Origin: Octopus vulgaris
Lineage: Eukaryota
Assembly: GCA_951406725.2 (NCBI GenBank)
Contig: OX597816.1
Coordinates: forward strand, 159,340,001-159,404,000
Direction of reading: 5' to 3'
DNA length: 64,000 bases
Part shown: in pieces, positions 40,371 to 55,277 of the stretch
Layout: the number at the start of each line of letters is the position of its first letter
Position numbering within the stretch: the stretch's first letter is position 1
Notes under the pieces: generated by a model
What the model was told of the DNA's origin: nothing
Database searches by the model: none
Seen by the model: only the letters and a program-made list of their open reading frames with translations
Program-made: the position numbers and the translations under genes

Positions 40371-42509
40371 CGGAGAGTATGGCGAAAAAAATAAATGATC
40401 TGGAGGAATTTAAAAAAAAATTAGATCAGTAATATTGATATTGGATTAAAGGATTTAGAGCTTTATTCTCACGATCTACTTTATCTTTATCTTAGGTCGA
40501 TAAAATCACTGCTTGAGATTCTATTGACTCTTCGTTCGTATCTGTAAAAATATATATATAAAAAATTAAGGTGGTTTTCGGGTTGATAAATTTTAAAATG
40601 GTGCAATTTTTGCGCAAGTATTTCAACTACGGTAGATCTTTCTGTCCTTGGTGCACCCCGTAATCCACCTCGACATGTTTGGCTTTGTTGTTATCACATG
40701 GAAGAAGGCTGCAGACTGACAGGATCGTTAGCGCGTCTGGACAAAATGCGTAGCGGCATTTTTTTCGGTTCCTTATATTCTGAGTTCAAATCCCGCCAAG
40801 GTCGACTTTGCTTTTCATCCTTCGGAGGTCAGTGTAAGATAATTACCAGTCATGTACTGGAGTCGCTGGTATAGCCTTAACCCTACCGCTCAGTATAGAT
40901 GGTCTTGTGCCTAAATCAGAAACCGTTATTATCAGAGGGAAGAAGATCATCAGACCGTTAGCTGACATGCCTTTCGGAATTTGTGGCAGCTCTGTATGTT
41001 CTGAGTTCAAATCCTGCTGAAGTCATCTTTACCTTTCATTCTTTCGGGGATAGATAAAATAAAGTATCAGTCAAATACTGGGGTCGATATAATTAACTAT
41101 TCACCTCCCTCCAAAATTTATGGCCTTGTACTTATGTAAGAAATAATTATCACACGGTAAGAATTTGACCCCCGAGTTATTTCTTTGTGTGCGTATGTGT
41201 GTGTGTGTGTGTGGGGGGAGAACGACAAATGAAAGCCGTCTTTGAAATCCACGTGACATAGCCTAATTATTATCTTGCATTGAAATAGTTGATACTCGTA
41301 CAAAAAAAAAGAGAGAAATAAAATATACATAAATGTATATCATCCTGGCAAAAACGGGGAATGTTATCAACTTTCCGACATTATCAATTCTTGAGAATCC
41401 ATTGAGAACAAACCGTATATTTAACAAATAGAACAAATATACAAAGTCAAAAGTGTATCAGATATATGAATACAGAGGAAATTGAGAGCTAAAAAGTGTT
41501 GAAATATTATTTTGTAACGAAATCTTGAAACCAACAGATGTTTATGGTGACAGAGAAATATGGGACTCCAAATTTAAGCAGATAGCAAAACGATCACGTC
41601 AAATACTGGGATCGATATAATTAACTATTCACCTCCCTCCAAAATTTATGGCCTTGTACCTATGCAAGAAAATGATAGATCCTCGCTAGAAATAAGGGAC
41701 AGAGTCCGGATGATCACAAATGTACGGAAGACCGCGAAGAAGACTAGGGTATCTCTCGACAAGGAATATACAAAGAACAAAACTAGGGAACATAAAAGCG
41801 GAGGCAAAAGATGACACAAGAATTGTATTTAGATTTGCAAGCATAGTGGCAGAAAAGAAACTAGTGTATCAACTAGTGATGCAGAGAGGAGTACAAAGAG
41901 GAAAAAAGAAAACTGAAACAGTTCTTTGAATTTGGGAAAGAGGATAATAAACGTAAGAATATTATGCTCGTTTTGTCTTCCTAATTTTGCATGAGTTACT
42001 TGAAATTTAAGCAACACTTCCTGTAACGACAATAACTGTGTTGCACTCCTTTTCCAAGATCAAATTAGTTAAATTTAATGTACGGATTCTATGTGGAGAA
42101 GAGAGGCTCTTCGATCTCATACAGTTTAACATTAATAAGCCTACAGAGTTAAATTAGTATGGACATGTAACACAACTAGCTTATTTATATACAACGGATT
42201 CGTAACAAAAGATGGAAAATACGGTCTTCGTTTTTGCGTCCATTGTTCTCAAAATTTGCACTTAAATGCCGTCATTTTGGGTGAAGCTAAGTTTAATTTT
42301 AGTAAATAAAAGCCATTCAATTCCATTTTTTTGTGACTCAACTCGATTGCAACACAGGTGTATATTCGAGATAACTGTGAAAAATGCCATTTTCCTTCTG
42401 CCACTTTTAGGGAGTTTACTTCTGTCATCTGTGGCGTTCACACTAACAACCTTCTTTCCCATGAGCTTTGCACTCTTTCTCCATCGACACACTTAGTGGA
42501 AGACTACTA

Positions 42510-42726
42510 CGAGGGGTTGCTGAAAAGTTCCTGGCTATGGGTAAAAGAAAATACAGGAAGATCATTTAATAATGATTTTATCCAATATATTCCCATCTCA
42601 GATTCACACACTTATTGCAGCGATCCTTCAGTTTTTCTAGGCTCTGTAAAAGAACTCGGAAGGTTGGGCCTCTAACCAGGCCGTACGGGACACCCTTGAA
42701 GCCAGGAACTTTCTAGCATCCACTCG
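42510..42726. mobile_element. Mariner-type MITE
   Basis: TA|CGAGGGGTTGCTGAAAAGTTCCTGGCT ... AGCCAGGAACTTTCTAGCATCCACTCG|TA: imperfect TIRs with TA TSD. Confidence 0.85.
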
Positions 42727-43307
42727 TACAAGTACTGAACAAGAGATTTTCTTATCACGACTGATTGTCATCCACGATATAAACCTTTGTTTTCTTCCAA
42801 CTTGTCGTAGTTGAATAAATTACGTAACGAATGAATCAAATACGTATGTTATACGTATAGACTATCTTTCGTCAATTCATTTCAATTCATCAGAAATTAT
42901 TAACTTGCCACGTGTATCCTTCCTAATCTTGTTACATCTCTACCTGTTACATCTTACTGGTAACACATAGTTCAAATAATTATATATGCGTAGTAAGCTG
43001 GAAGTAGAAGGTGAATGCTGTAAATGTAGACTGCAGAATGCAATATTAATGGCGTGCTTTTAATACACTTCCTTTTTACTTCACATGTTCTGCGTTTTGT
43101 GTGCAACTATCGATTATTTATAAAAAGAAGATGAAAATAACCATATAATGTTGATTTACATTGGTTTTGCCAAGTACACTTTTGTCTTGTATCTTGCAAA
43201 ATTGTCTCACTCATGCCGGCACTAAAACTGATGTTAAGTTGATAACGGTTACGATGGAAATGCTTTCAGTGAAACTCACCAGTTCCATAATCCTTCAAAT
43301 GGAGTAT

Positions 43308-43680
43308 TTTACTTGTTTTAGTCATTAGACTGTGGTCATGCTGGGGCACCTCCTTGATGAATTTTTAGTCAAACGAATCGACTCCAGAACTAATTTTTCA
43401 ACATGGTACTTATTCTCGTTCGGTCTCTTTTGCTAGATATGGCGACGCAAAGACACCAACACTGGGTGCCAAGCAATGTTGCAGGAAACACACACACACA
43501 CACACAAACAAGTCTGTATACATTATACGGCGGTTTTTTTCTGTTTCATCTACCAAATCTACTCACAAAGTTTTGGTTGATCCGAGGCTATAGTAGAAGA
43601 CGTTTGCCCAAGGAGCCACGCAATGGGACTGAACCCGGAACCATGTGGTTGGGAAGCAAGCTTCTAATCACGCAGCCATA
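43308..43680 (-). mobile_element. SINE family A copy
   Basis: Same consensus as 44797-45175. Confidence 0.8.
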
Positions 43681-44796
43681 TTTTACTTTTTTATTTCTTT
43701 GTTTTTATGCATAAGAAAATATTTCTGTCAATGATTCAAGAATGTATCTCGTATTCACAATTGAGTAGAAGAAAGAAAAGGAAAGTGAATTCATATTCTC
43801 TTTGAATTTGAACATAAAGGTTATAAAAATTCGTTTAATTCTTGGAACTGGATGTGTTTTATATATCTGAGAAAAATACTGACTCTTTGAAGCACGGGTA
43901 CATTTTAGCAGGAGAGATTTAGTTTGGCTTATAACCCTGGAAGACGCAAAAACAAGGGGTCACGTGGTTTTGTGTTTACAGCTGAAAATATCGATGCTTC
44001 TGCCCAATTAATAAGCCGTAAACACAAAACTATGTGGGAAACCGCTTTTGCATCTTCTAGAGCTATATTTAAACGAAATCACACCCGCTGAAGCATACTC
44101 GTAGGATAAAAGGCTTAACAACTAGCCAACAAAGAAATGGATGGATGGGGTGAGACTGGAAGAGTATCTGAGAAAATGTTCGATAAATTGATATTTAAAA
44201 AAATAGTAGAAGATAGGAAATGTTTATCTCTAGACAGACTTACATAAACATTTAGTGGAGATAATAGTATGATAACCACGTGACGAATAAACTCGAAATG
44301 GTACAATCGTTATCATTTTATCAATGATTTTGAATTAAATTGATAAATTTGAAGCTCTCATTTTAATTATTTATTTACAAATCTTCAAAATACTGAACCG
44401 AGCCGAAAGAGTAGTGGTTCCTTTTGCGTTGTTGATGTTGCATTATTTCCAAGACCAAAGAATTTAACCCAGAAATAGTCGAGGTTAATGAAATTTATAC
44501 TTTGCAATATTACATCCAAATGGGTTCAAATCCATCCGAGGTTGTTTTTGCCTTTCATCCTTTTGAGGTTATTAAAATACGAGGGTCGATGGTATCGACT
44601 AACTCCTTCTCCCAAATTTCACTGGTAAATTAAAATTCTGCTCAGAGTTTCGACCCTCAGAAAGATGTGAACGGAAATATTGCGGGGCATTTTTTGCGAC
44701 GCGCTAACGTCTCTGCCAGCTCGGGATTATTTGGGGTGGAGTGGAAATGTTAGCAAGAATTTTCATGGATCACTTTCCTATTTAAGAATGAACATA

Positions 44797-45175
44797 CTCT
44801 CTTTTACTCTTTTACTTGTTTCAGTCATTTGACTGCGGCCATGCTGGAGCACCGCCTTTAGTCGAGCAAATCGACCCCGGGACTTATTCTTTGTAAGCCC
44901 AGTACTTATTCTATTGGTCCCTTTTGCCGAACCGCTAAGTGACGTAAACACACCAGCATCGGTTGTCAAGCAATGCTAGGGGGACAAACACAGACACACA
45001 AACATATATACGACAAGCTTCTTTCAGTTTCCGTCTACCAAATCCACTCACAAGGCATTGGTCGGCCCGGGGCTATAGCAGAAGACACTTGCCCAAGATG
45101 CCACGCAGTGGGACTGAACCCGGAACCATGTGGTTGTTTAGCAAGCTACTTACCACACAGCAACTCCTGCGCCTA
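44797..45175 (-). mobile_element. SINE family A, young full-length copy
   Basis: Intact head, body and tail with CpGs retained. Explains ORFs 44778, 44963 and 44973. Confidence 0.88.
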
Positions 45176-47394
45176 TAAACATGGGTATATTTTTTTTAAC
45201 TTCAGGAAGAATATAAAGAATCAACTTTCAAGTTCACAAGCATTAGTATGGAGAGATAGAAAGGACAAATATATAGGCATAAAAATAGCACTTGAACACT
45301 CGGCTCGCGATCGTAAGGTCGAGAGTTCGATTTCGGCGGAGCATTGTGTCCTTGAGCGAAGCCCTTTATATCATGTTGCTCCACTCCACCCAGTTAACAA
45401 AAATGAGTCGTACACGTATTTCAAAAAGCCAGTCTTGTCATATTCGGGGTGTCACGCTAAATCTCTTTAAGAACTGCGTTAAGAATATGCGTGTCCGTGG
45501 AATACTCGTCCACTTGCTCGTTAATTTCACGAACAGGCTGTTCTGTTGATCGGATCAACTGTAACCCTCGTCATGGTAACCGACAGAGTGCCACTACATG
45601 AACGAAATAAGAAGGATTAATGAACTGAAGATTTTCATCCAAAATAACTCCACATTGGGTTCTATAAAAATGCTTCTGTTTCAAGGCTTTTTGATGTCAG
45701 GTCAAATTGGATGTTTAGAAATCAACAGCTTTCTGTACTTAGTTTTCAAAAATATAGAAAAGGCAAGCTGTTGCGTAAAGACTGCAGTTTTTAAAGCCTC
45801 TGCAGCTTTTCATATCTAGAAAGATGAGAGGTTTGCCATATTCTGAGATTTTATGAATGCTTCATAGCTGGGAAAATTTTAAAAAGTGTTTCTGCTAATC
45901 CTTCTGGATCTTCAAGCAAAACAGCAATTTTACAGTTTCTTTCTGAAATACACTGACTGTGTTTCAAATAATTTTTTTGAAAGTAATGAAGAATTTAGTA
46001 AAATAACTTAGTCGTTATTAAGCTTGTGTTTGGAACATAAATTATCACGAAAGTTTGATGCAAGGTTTTTAGATCACTTTAGAACAAGAAGTTTGTATCA
46101 GAGAGCCAAGAACAGTTTTAGGCGGGTTGGTATCAAAATGGTTAAGTGATTCGAAGACCAACTGACAGTATATCATTCAAGCTCTCGAAATTAATCGAAC
46201 TGCTGCTGAGTTTGATGAGATGCCTTGTAAGTGACTCCTTGATGTCACCAAGGTAAATATTTTCACAATTATCTGGAAACTCTACTAGCTTTGGAATGGT
46301 GGTTATCTTTTGATTCACTTTTTGGTTCCAATACAGAAGCTTTGATACAAATGCTGGAATCCTTCCTCTTACGAAAGTGGCATTGATATTGATCTTTTCT
46401 CCATGCAATTCCGTGTTCAGTGGATTGACGTGCCCAAACATATCCCAAGACACGAGCAATTTGTCATCTAAATGGAGTTAATGAATTCACTAATATTCGC
46501 CAAAAATGTTTTTGATTAGTTTGACAGACCAAACTCTATTGAGAATACTTCCACTTTAAAGTCACCTCACTTTCGTGAGAAAAGGAGACCTATGTGTGTG
46601 TGTGTGTGTGTGTGTGAAAATGTACTTTAAATATTAATTTCGAACCCGGTTTAAATAGTTTCTATAAAAAAATCATGACCCTTCCAAACACCTTGTGCCC
46701 TCTTTCTATATGCTCACCCCTTGTAAGCTCACAAACCCTACCACACCTTTCAAAGAGGTACTATTACTTAGGTAAAGACCTATCGATATAGAGCTTCTTC
46801 GTGCATACGTGACCCTTACTTTAGAAGCTTCTAACATTAATTCATTACTAATTATTTTAAACATTACAATTTTTGAAAATATATTTTTATCAATTGATAA
46901 TCAGTTGATTTTCGATTTTAAAAGGTTATTGGTGATTTAAAATGTAAAGGTCAAAGTTGTAGCCTCTAAAAGGGTGAAATATTGGAACTATATATTTTAT
47001 AAGTATTTATTTATTATTTTATATACGCTGTATAAATGTTGTAGACCTAGTAGTTTTGAACAGAAAAAAGCCATTACTCTTCAAAATGCTCATACCTCAC
47101 TTAATATGAAATTGAATATAAATATTGTTTTGTCTCATTGCAATAAACATATTAAAAAAAAAAGAAAATGAACTTTCAATAACAACAAAAAAAGCTAGTA
47201 ATATCCTAAAAAATCAAAATAATGTCATGTTTACGTAACTAAACAAAATGAATGTATATACGAAACAATCTAAGTACCTTTTCGTTTCGTGATTAAATGC
47301 AACTGACTGAGGCTCTGAGAAGAAAAATATTTCTCATGCAGCATGCATTACCCCAAACTTTTTTTCTTCTCATGCTTATAAAATGAATTTTTTT

Positions 47395-47760
47395 AAAGAG
47401 CACCGCAGTCATGACTTTCGGAAATAATTTTTCACTCGGAAATGTCGAAGCATGGAATGAACTACCGACATCAGTTGTTAGCTGTCAGGACACTGCATCC
47501 TTTAAAAAGAAATGTTATGCTTCCTGAAATTTGCCAAGACTACTCCTGATGTACCCACGCATCCCACCCTTTCCTCTTTATGGCTCGTTTATTCTTCACG
47601 TTCCTGCCTTTGTGTTCAATTCTGTGTGTGTGTTTTTGGCTTTCGTAGTTGTTTTTCTTTAATGCTTTCTGTCTCTTCTTTCCCTCTTTACCGATATGTT
47701 GTAGCGCACCTGAGCACAATAAGCTTATTACTAATACTAAGTAATTTACTCCTGTTCTTT
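47395..47760 (+). mobile_element. CR1/L2-like LINE 3' end remnant
   Basis: Translates to ..DFRK*FF..VEAWNELPTSVV....ASFK, typical of the CR1 ORF2 C-terminus. A related copy lies at ~1740-2020. Confidence 0.6.
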
Positions 47761-48764
47761 AATACCTGCTCTATAGCGTTGAGGTAACGACAAACAAATC
47801 TCTACTTCGTCCCAGAACAGCATAGCCATAGGTAGGAAACGTTGCGAGCTTCCAATGGATGCAGCAAATGTTAAGGAAATGCTTAAGGGAGGGGACATGA
47901 TTTTTTCTTGGAAATATAAATCTGGTGTAATTCTTACATTTTAAACCCATTTTCAAAAATCATCTTTGTCAGAGTTGCAATATGAAGAGGACATTATGTT
48001 GTCAGTGCCCAGAAAGATACGGCTAATGGTGTGTCGTAGCTCAATAAAATTTCGTTATATAAACCCTCGCCTTAGAAATTTCCATAAAAAATTTAACGTA
48101 GAGGGCACTAGTTCACATCAAATCTAAAAAGAGGTGCAGGTTGGCTCGATTAATAAACCTCTGCACAAAATAAATTTCTGTTTGATTAAAATAATTCAGT
48201 GGATTTTTTACTCTTTATTTTCAAAATAAGAAAGAGGCGTTTTGAAAACGTCATTCCGTGAAGGATGGTACTGAACTTCAAAAGGTTGATAATCACTGTT
48301 CTAGAGAAATTGAATTTAGCACTGCAAATCAACGAAACAATGATCCATTTTTGCGCCAGTGAATCTATATACAAGGAGGTGGACCCAGCGTTTTGGCCAC
48401 AGAGACAATGTAGCTAGAGATCTATGAGAGAGGGGAACGTTACGTATACCTTTGTGGACATAGTGGTGTTTTGGCCATGTAGATAGTGCAGCCAGGAGAA
48501 TATAAGAGAGCGGTGTCAGCCTGTACATCTATTTGGAGTTCGGAGAATCATTAAAGAGCTCTCGAATATTTAGTAGGCTCTGGGCTCCTCAATAATAATA
48601 ATAATAATAATGGTTTCAAAGTTCTCCACAAGAGCAGCAACTTTGGAGGAGGAGTTTCAAACAGTGTTCAACTGGTACTATCGACCTCGAAAGGATGAAG
48701 GGAGGCGGCATGAATTTTTCTTGGAAATATAAATCTGGTGTAATTCTTACATTCTAAACCCATT

Positions 48765-49340
48765 AGTGCTGGTGAAAGTCTTGCGCAGAAAAAGTACAAT
48801 CGCAGACACGACAAGGTAGCCCAAAACCTCCATTGGCTGCTATGCCGCGAGCATGATGGGTGCTTGGTACCAACATACCCCGGAAAATGTAATGGACAAA
48901 AAGGGGAAGGCAAAATACGTATGGGACTTTGACTTCGAGACAGGGCAAAGTATTAGAGGGATAAACAAGAGTGTCTAATAATTGACGTGGCAGTGCCAGG
49001 AGATCAACATATCATGAAAGAAAGAGAAAAGGTTGATAAGTATGGAGACCTGAGAATTGAGATCGCTAAGATGTGGCAGCTACGAGAGTAAAACATAAAG
49101 TTCATCCCTGCTGTCATCGGAACATTGAGTTTAATACCACCCAATCTAAAAAAAAAAAAAAACATCTGAAAACTTTGGAAATGCCCTACAATCTAGGTGT
49201 GTTGCAAAACTCGGCATTACTTGGAACTGCACGCATATTGCGTTAAGTACTGTCTATCTGACTTGACAAACAGTACAAACCCTCGGTAGATACAATATCT
49301 TCAATCAACAACCTCACGATAGTGTATACTGTGCGACGTC

Positions 49341-49380
<40 letters not shown>
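48765..49380 (+). mobile_element. 5'-truncated R4/Dong-like (REL-endonuclease) non-LTR retrotransposon with (AAT)n tail
   Basis: LAQKKYNRRHDKVAQNLHWLLC, WDF, CLIIDVAVPGD, EREKVDKYGDLRIEIAKMW, IPAVIGTL and ALLGTARILR motifs, followed by a short 3' UTR and AAT repeats. Confidence 0.85.
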
Positions 49381-49418
<38 letters not shown>

Positions 49419-51226
49419 GAATGCCCTGATGCAGTACTAGACAGTGGCTCTCATGTCTTCTGATCTTAACTGATTGGAAGTGTTATCATGCACATTGTTT
49501 TTTCTTGGTATAAAAGATGGGCTACAGCAAATATTATGTAACAATTCTGAAAACAAGGCGGAGGTAATAATAATAATAATAATCAGTAACTGATGGCGAG
49601 GGGAAGAGAGAGAGATTACATCCTTCATGAATTTTGAGAGGAGTTATTCCTCCGGGGCCCAAAAGCAGTTTTGTTTCACGTTCTGCAAAATTTCTCAAGG
49701 CCCTAAGTATAGGGTACGATTATAGGGTATGAACGCTGTGTCCTTGATTAGTCGTCTGATATGTTATGGATATGCTAGGCTACCAGCGAGAGATAGAATT
49801 TATTTTCTTGATTACAAGCACGTTTCACGAAGCTCTATCTCTTCTCTGTTTCAATGTTTGTATTTTTTTAATTACCTTTGAAGTGAACACGAAAAATAGG
49901 TCATAATATTAAAGTAGGTCATCATATCGATTGCTTCTGTTGTTGTTTTTGTTTAGTTAGATCAATCTAATTGAGCTGGCCTATATTTCAAACGCAATAC
50001 ATTTTATCCCTAACTATCCCGCCATTTTCTTATATATATATATATATATATATATATTCTATTTAATTAGTCTAAATAGTCTCGTTAAAGTATTCTGTAC
50101 CACAGAAACCTCGAGTGAAAAGTGAGAGGTTTATCCGCTGGTTGTAAGGAGAAACCAGAATGTATAGGTATGTGCGCGCGCGTGTGTTTGTGTGTGACAA
50201 CATATATGACTCTTTCTCTCCTCTCTCTCTCTCTCTCTGTACACACACACACACACAAACATACCCACACTCACATATTCGATGTTTTCTATCCAAAGGG
50301 GTTTTTCGCATGCTATTATTTATAAGTTTATGTGTGTCCTCGAGATACATTATTCTAAAAAAAGGTGTGTACACACAAACACACACACACACACACACAG
50401 CCATTGCTAACACTCGTAAGCGAGTATCACTTGACAGCATGGTTTTGTTAATTATTTTAGGTGCTTAATGTTGTCATGAGCCGATATAAACACTTTCTGG
50501 CCGTATCGACTCCAGCTACCCCGTTTTTTAATACCTGACATTGTGCTCTTAGGAGTACATTTTTTTATGTGTCTTGTTAAAGCATCCAAATTTCCCTATA
50601 TTTACACACTACCATCGAAATAAAAAGAGATAAATTGAATAATAAGATATGGTCGTGGCTGCAAAATCATTGATTATGAGTCTGTTCTCTTCAGGTCTGA
50701 CCAAGGGTTATACAACAGCAATAACAAGAACAACCACTCGTCTAATTCTCCAAGACCTAGGAAAATTTCATTACCAGACATTTTATCAAAACCATTGCGC
50801 GAAGAAATGATACTGGTTGAATCAAAGTGCACTGGAATGTTTTCACAAATCAGTAGCGGTTTTATGTTACTGGGAAATGTAACGGATGCAATGGTTATTA
50901 GTATTGATATCGCGTTAGTTAAAACTTGGCGAGACAGTGAGGTATGCACCAAATGAATTAACAGAAGGTAAAAAGTTAATTCTTACGGGTTTTATTTATC
51001 TGTAGCAATTCATCGTTAGGGACGATGAGCAGAGACTGAAGTCGTCGGCTGTTGGGAATGTTAGCAACAAGGTTCGCACAACTTTTGGTAATGTTTGTGT
51101 CAGATGTAGTGGCTAGAAAAAGATAGATGTGCGACGTCTAAGAGCCAAAATGAACTGTCCGCAAACATTCGGAGAGCGTGACAGAGCTAAGGACAGTAGC
51201 CGTGTACTTTTGGCCAAGTGCTAGGT

Positions 51227-51231
<5 letters not shown>

Positions 51232-51320
<89 letters not shown>
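51232..51320. repeat. (GA)n microsatellite
   Basis: Directly visible. Confidence 0.97.
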
Positions 51321-51322
<2 letters not shown>

Positions 51323-51877
51323 AGTGTTGGACTGTAAACAAGATTAATGGTACTGCATGTGATGAGGGGCGCATGAAGCCATTCATAATCTCATTATTAT
51401 ATAATCATCTCATTCATATTCGTTCTATGTATTGCCCCCTCTGTAGTGTCCTGTCTATTCTTGTTTGTCACCCCTCTATTTTGAGCCCTTGTGGCTATAA
51501 TAAAGAAAAAGAGGGGTGTTAACTCTGTTAAATGCTGCGTAAAAGAGAGACAGGTACGTTTCTCTGGCAAAATACCGAATGAAAGAGAGAAAGAATTCTG
51601 TTTGGGTTCTGCATTTATACATGTCCGAAAGTAGAAAGTAGGTTGGTAGAATAAAGATGGCGAATGCATTTATCTGTGTTAAACTAAATTTAACCTAAGA
51701 TGTTAAATAAAAGGATAGGGCTTATCTAAGTTTAACGGGGTATGACAGATGTCCCTCGTAAATTTCCATATACGAATGCCGAAAACAATGGAAAGAAGAT
51801 TACAGAAAAATCTAGGCTAAGGTTTTGGATTCCCAAATTAGTTCAATATTGGAATCGGTCTTCAATAACAATATAAA

Positions 51878-52259
51878 GCAAGAGCACTCAGAAAGCGTAA
51901 ACCTCCGTTAAGGCAATACAAACGTCCTCTCAACAACGATAAATCCAGGGATGATTTTTAAAATGAGAATATCTGAAATAAACTCGATTGCTCTCACAAA
52001 CAAGAATACTAAAAATGAACCCGACCGCTCTCAAAAATTAAGTTAAAAAAAAAAAAAAAAAAACAAACCCTGAAAATTACCCAGAATCCTTGTCCGCCAC
52101 CGGATCGATCGCAAAATCTAATCAGTTTGTGCCAGTCACGAGGCCAAGCACCTCTGAAAGTTTCCTCCGAATCCATCCGGCAGTTCTTGAGATATCTTGT
52201 CCACAGACAAACAAACACGACTGAAAACAATACCTCCGCCTTCGCTAAGGCGGAGGTAA
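51878..52259. mobile_element. Non-autonomous element with subterminal ACCTCCG repeats and terminal hairpin (HINE/Helentron-like)
   Basis: ACCTCCGTTAAGG near the left end. Palindrome TACCTCCGCCTTCGCTAAGGCGGAGGTA at the right end followed by an A-tract. Classification is inference. Confidence 0.5.
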
Positions 52260-53458
52260 AAATACGAAATATAAAAATTGTTACAAAAATACGCACAAAC
52301 AAAAAAATTATATCTGGCTGCGTGATAAAATGTTTGTATACCAACCACATGGTTCCGAGTTCAGTCCCACTACGTGGTACCCTAAGCAAGTGTCTTCTAC
52401 TATAGCCTCGAGCTTACCAAATCCTGTGAATAGATTTGGTAAACGGAAACTGAAAGAATCCCGTCGTATGCGTTTCGGCAATAAGAAACCGATAGAATAA
52501 GTACCAGGCCGTCTTTACGTTCAGAGTTCAAATTCCGCCGAGATTGAGTCACCTTTTATCCTTTTGGGGTCGATAAAATAAGTACTAGTCGAGGACTGGT
52601 GTCAATGCAATCGACTTATTCCATGATCGAACTTGCTGGCATGTACCAAAATTTTTCATCCAACATTTGAATAATAAATGAAAGACAAAATTACATGCTT
52701 TAAGTAATAAAGTAACAGTTAGACTTGAAAAAATTTCAACTGTTGCATCTGATGTTTCGGCAGTTTACTCAAATTTCCAGACTGGAATGTCTGGCCTGTT
52801 TCCTCTTGTCTCGTCAGCATCTGCGACTTCTTTCTTTCTTTCTTTCTTTCTTTCTTTCCTTCCTTCCTTCTTTTTCTTTCTTTTGTCACTTTTCCTTGTT
52901 CAGTAGTCACTAGACATATCCCACTATTACCACCGCTGTTATATCGGAACAATCACTTTGTTTTTTCCTTTCTTTTTCTTGTTGAAATAGTTTTAAAAAG
53001 TGTATATGAAAAAAGGAAAGGAAATACAAATACAAATTATATCTTGCTCCCCTCTCTCTCTCGATCTCTCTTTCTCTCTCTCCCCTCCCCCTTTCTCTCC
53101 CTTTCCCTCTCTCCTTCTCACTTAGTTATTTCCTCAATTAGAATTAAAACTGGCTTCTTCTGTTTTATATTTTCTTTATCATGTCTGGCGATCTTTCTGA
53201 ATTTGTACATATAATATGGCGGGCAAACAGAAACAAAGTAGGCCGATTGAAACTGAAAGATATGCACTATTAGTCATCGTGCACGTGTTTCTAATGCCTT
53301 ATATATATGTATATATATACTTTAACTTGTTTCAGTCAATTGACTGCGGCCATGCTGGGGCACCACCTTGAAGCGTTTTAGTCGAAGAAATCGACCCCAG
53401 GGCTAACATTTTTTTAAAGCCTAGTACTTATTCTATCGGTCTTTTTTGGGCCGAACTG

Positions 53459-53522
<64 letters not shown>

Positions 53523-53542
<20 letters not shown>

Positions 53543-54059
53543 AAAAATTTATATATAAGGAACGTGAAATACACGAAAGGACGAACACGGAAAACAGACA
53601 AGTCATTCGAAGCCTTCAATCTCCAGTCAGAAACCGAATCATATATATATATATATATCCACTCACAAGGCTTTGGTTGTCTCGAGGCTATAGTAGAAGA
53701 CACTTGGCCAAGGTGCCACGCAGTGGGACTGAACCCGGAACCATGTGGTTAGTAAGCAAGCTACTTACCACACAACCACTCCTGCGCAACTTGGCCGCAG
53801 GAGTGGTTGTGTGGTAAGTAGCTTGCTTACTAACCACATGGTTCCGGGTTCAGTCCCACTGCGTGGCACCTTGGCCAAGTGTCTTCTACTATAGCCTCGA
53901 GACAACCAAAGCCTTGTGAGTGGATATATATATATATATATGATTCGGTTTCTGACTGGAGATTGAAGGCTTCGAATGACTTGTCTGTTTTCCGTGTTCG
54001 TCCTTTCGTGTATTTCACGTTCCTTATATATAAATTTTTATTCTATATATATATATATA
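53523..54059. repeat. Perfect inverted repeat, ~264-bp arms with 9-bp spacer
   Basis: Arms 53523-53786 and 53796-54059. The identical ORFs on opposite strands in the track (53564+ / 53830-) confirm it. Confidence 0.95.
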
Positions 54060-54066
54060 CATATAT

Positions 54067-54958
<892 letters not shown>

Positions 54959-55277
54959 GGGGGTTGGACAGTAAAATATAAGAAAAGGGCTTCCTCAGAA
55001 AAAGTGAATTCAAACGGAAGAAGCAAGATGAGACAATCGTGGAGGGTGAGGACGACGAAGACGAGGGCGAGAAGAAGAGGACCGTGCTACTCTGGAACCG
55101 TATGGAATTTCCAGTCCTTTGCGCAGCCAACGAGAGATTGTTGGATGATTCGAACGTATGCAAAAAGGTGAAGGAAAAGACAAAATGCAGACCGCGGAAG
55201 AGATGGGCTTCGCCTATGTGGAACAGACAAGTGAAAGAAATAATGAAAAGTAATTTAAAAGTATACAAACAGTTATA

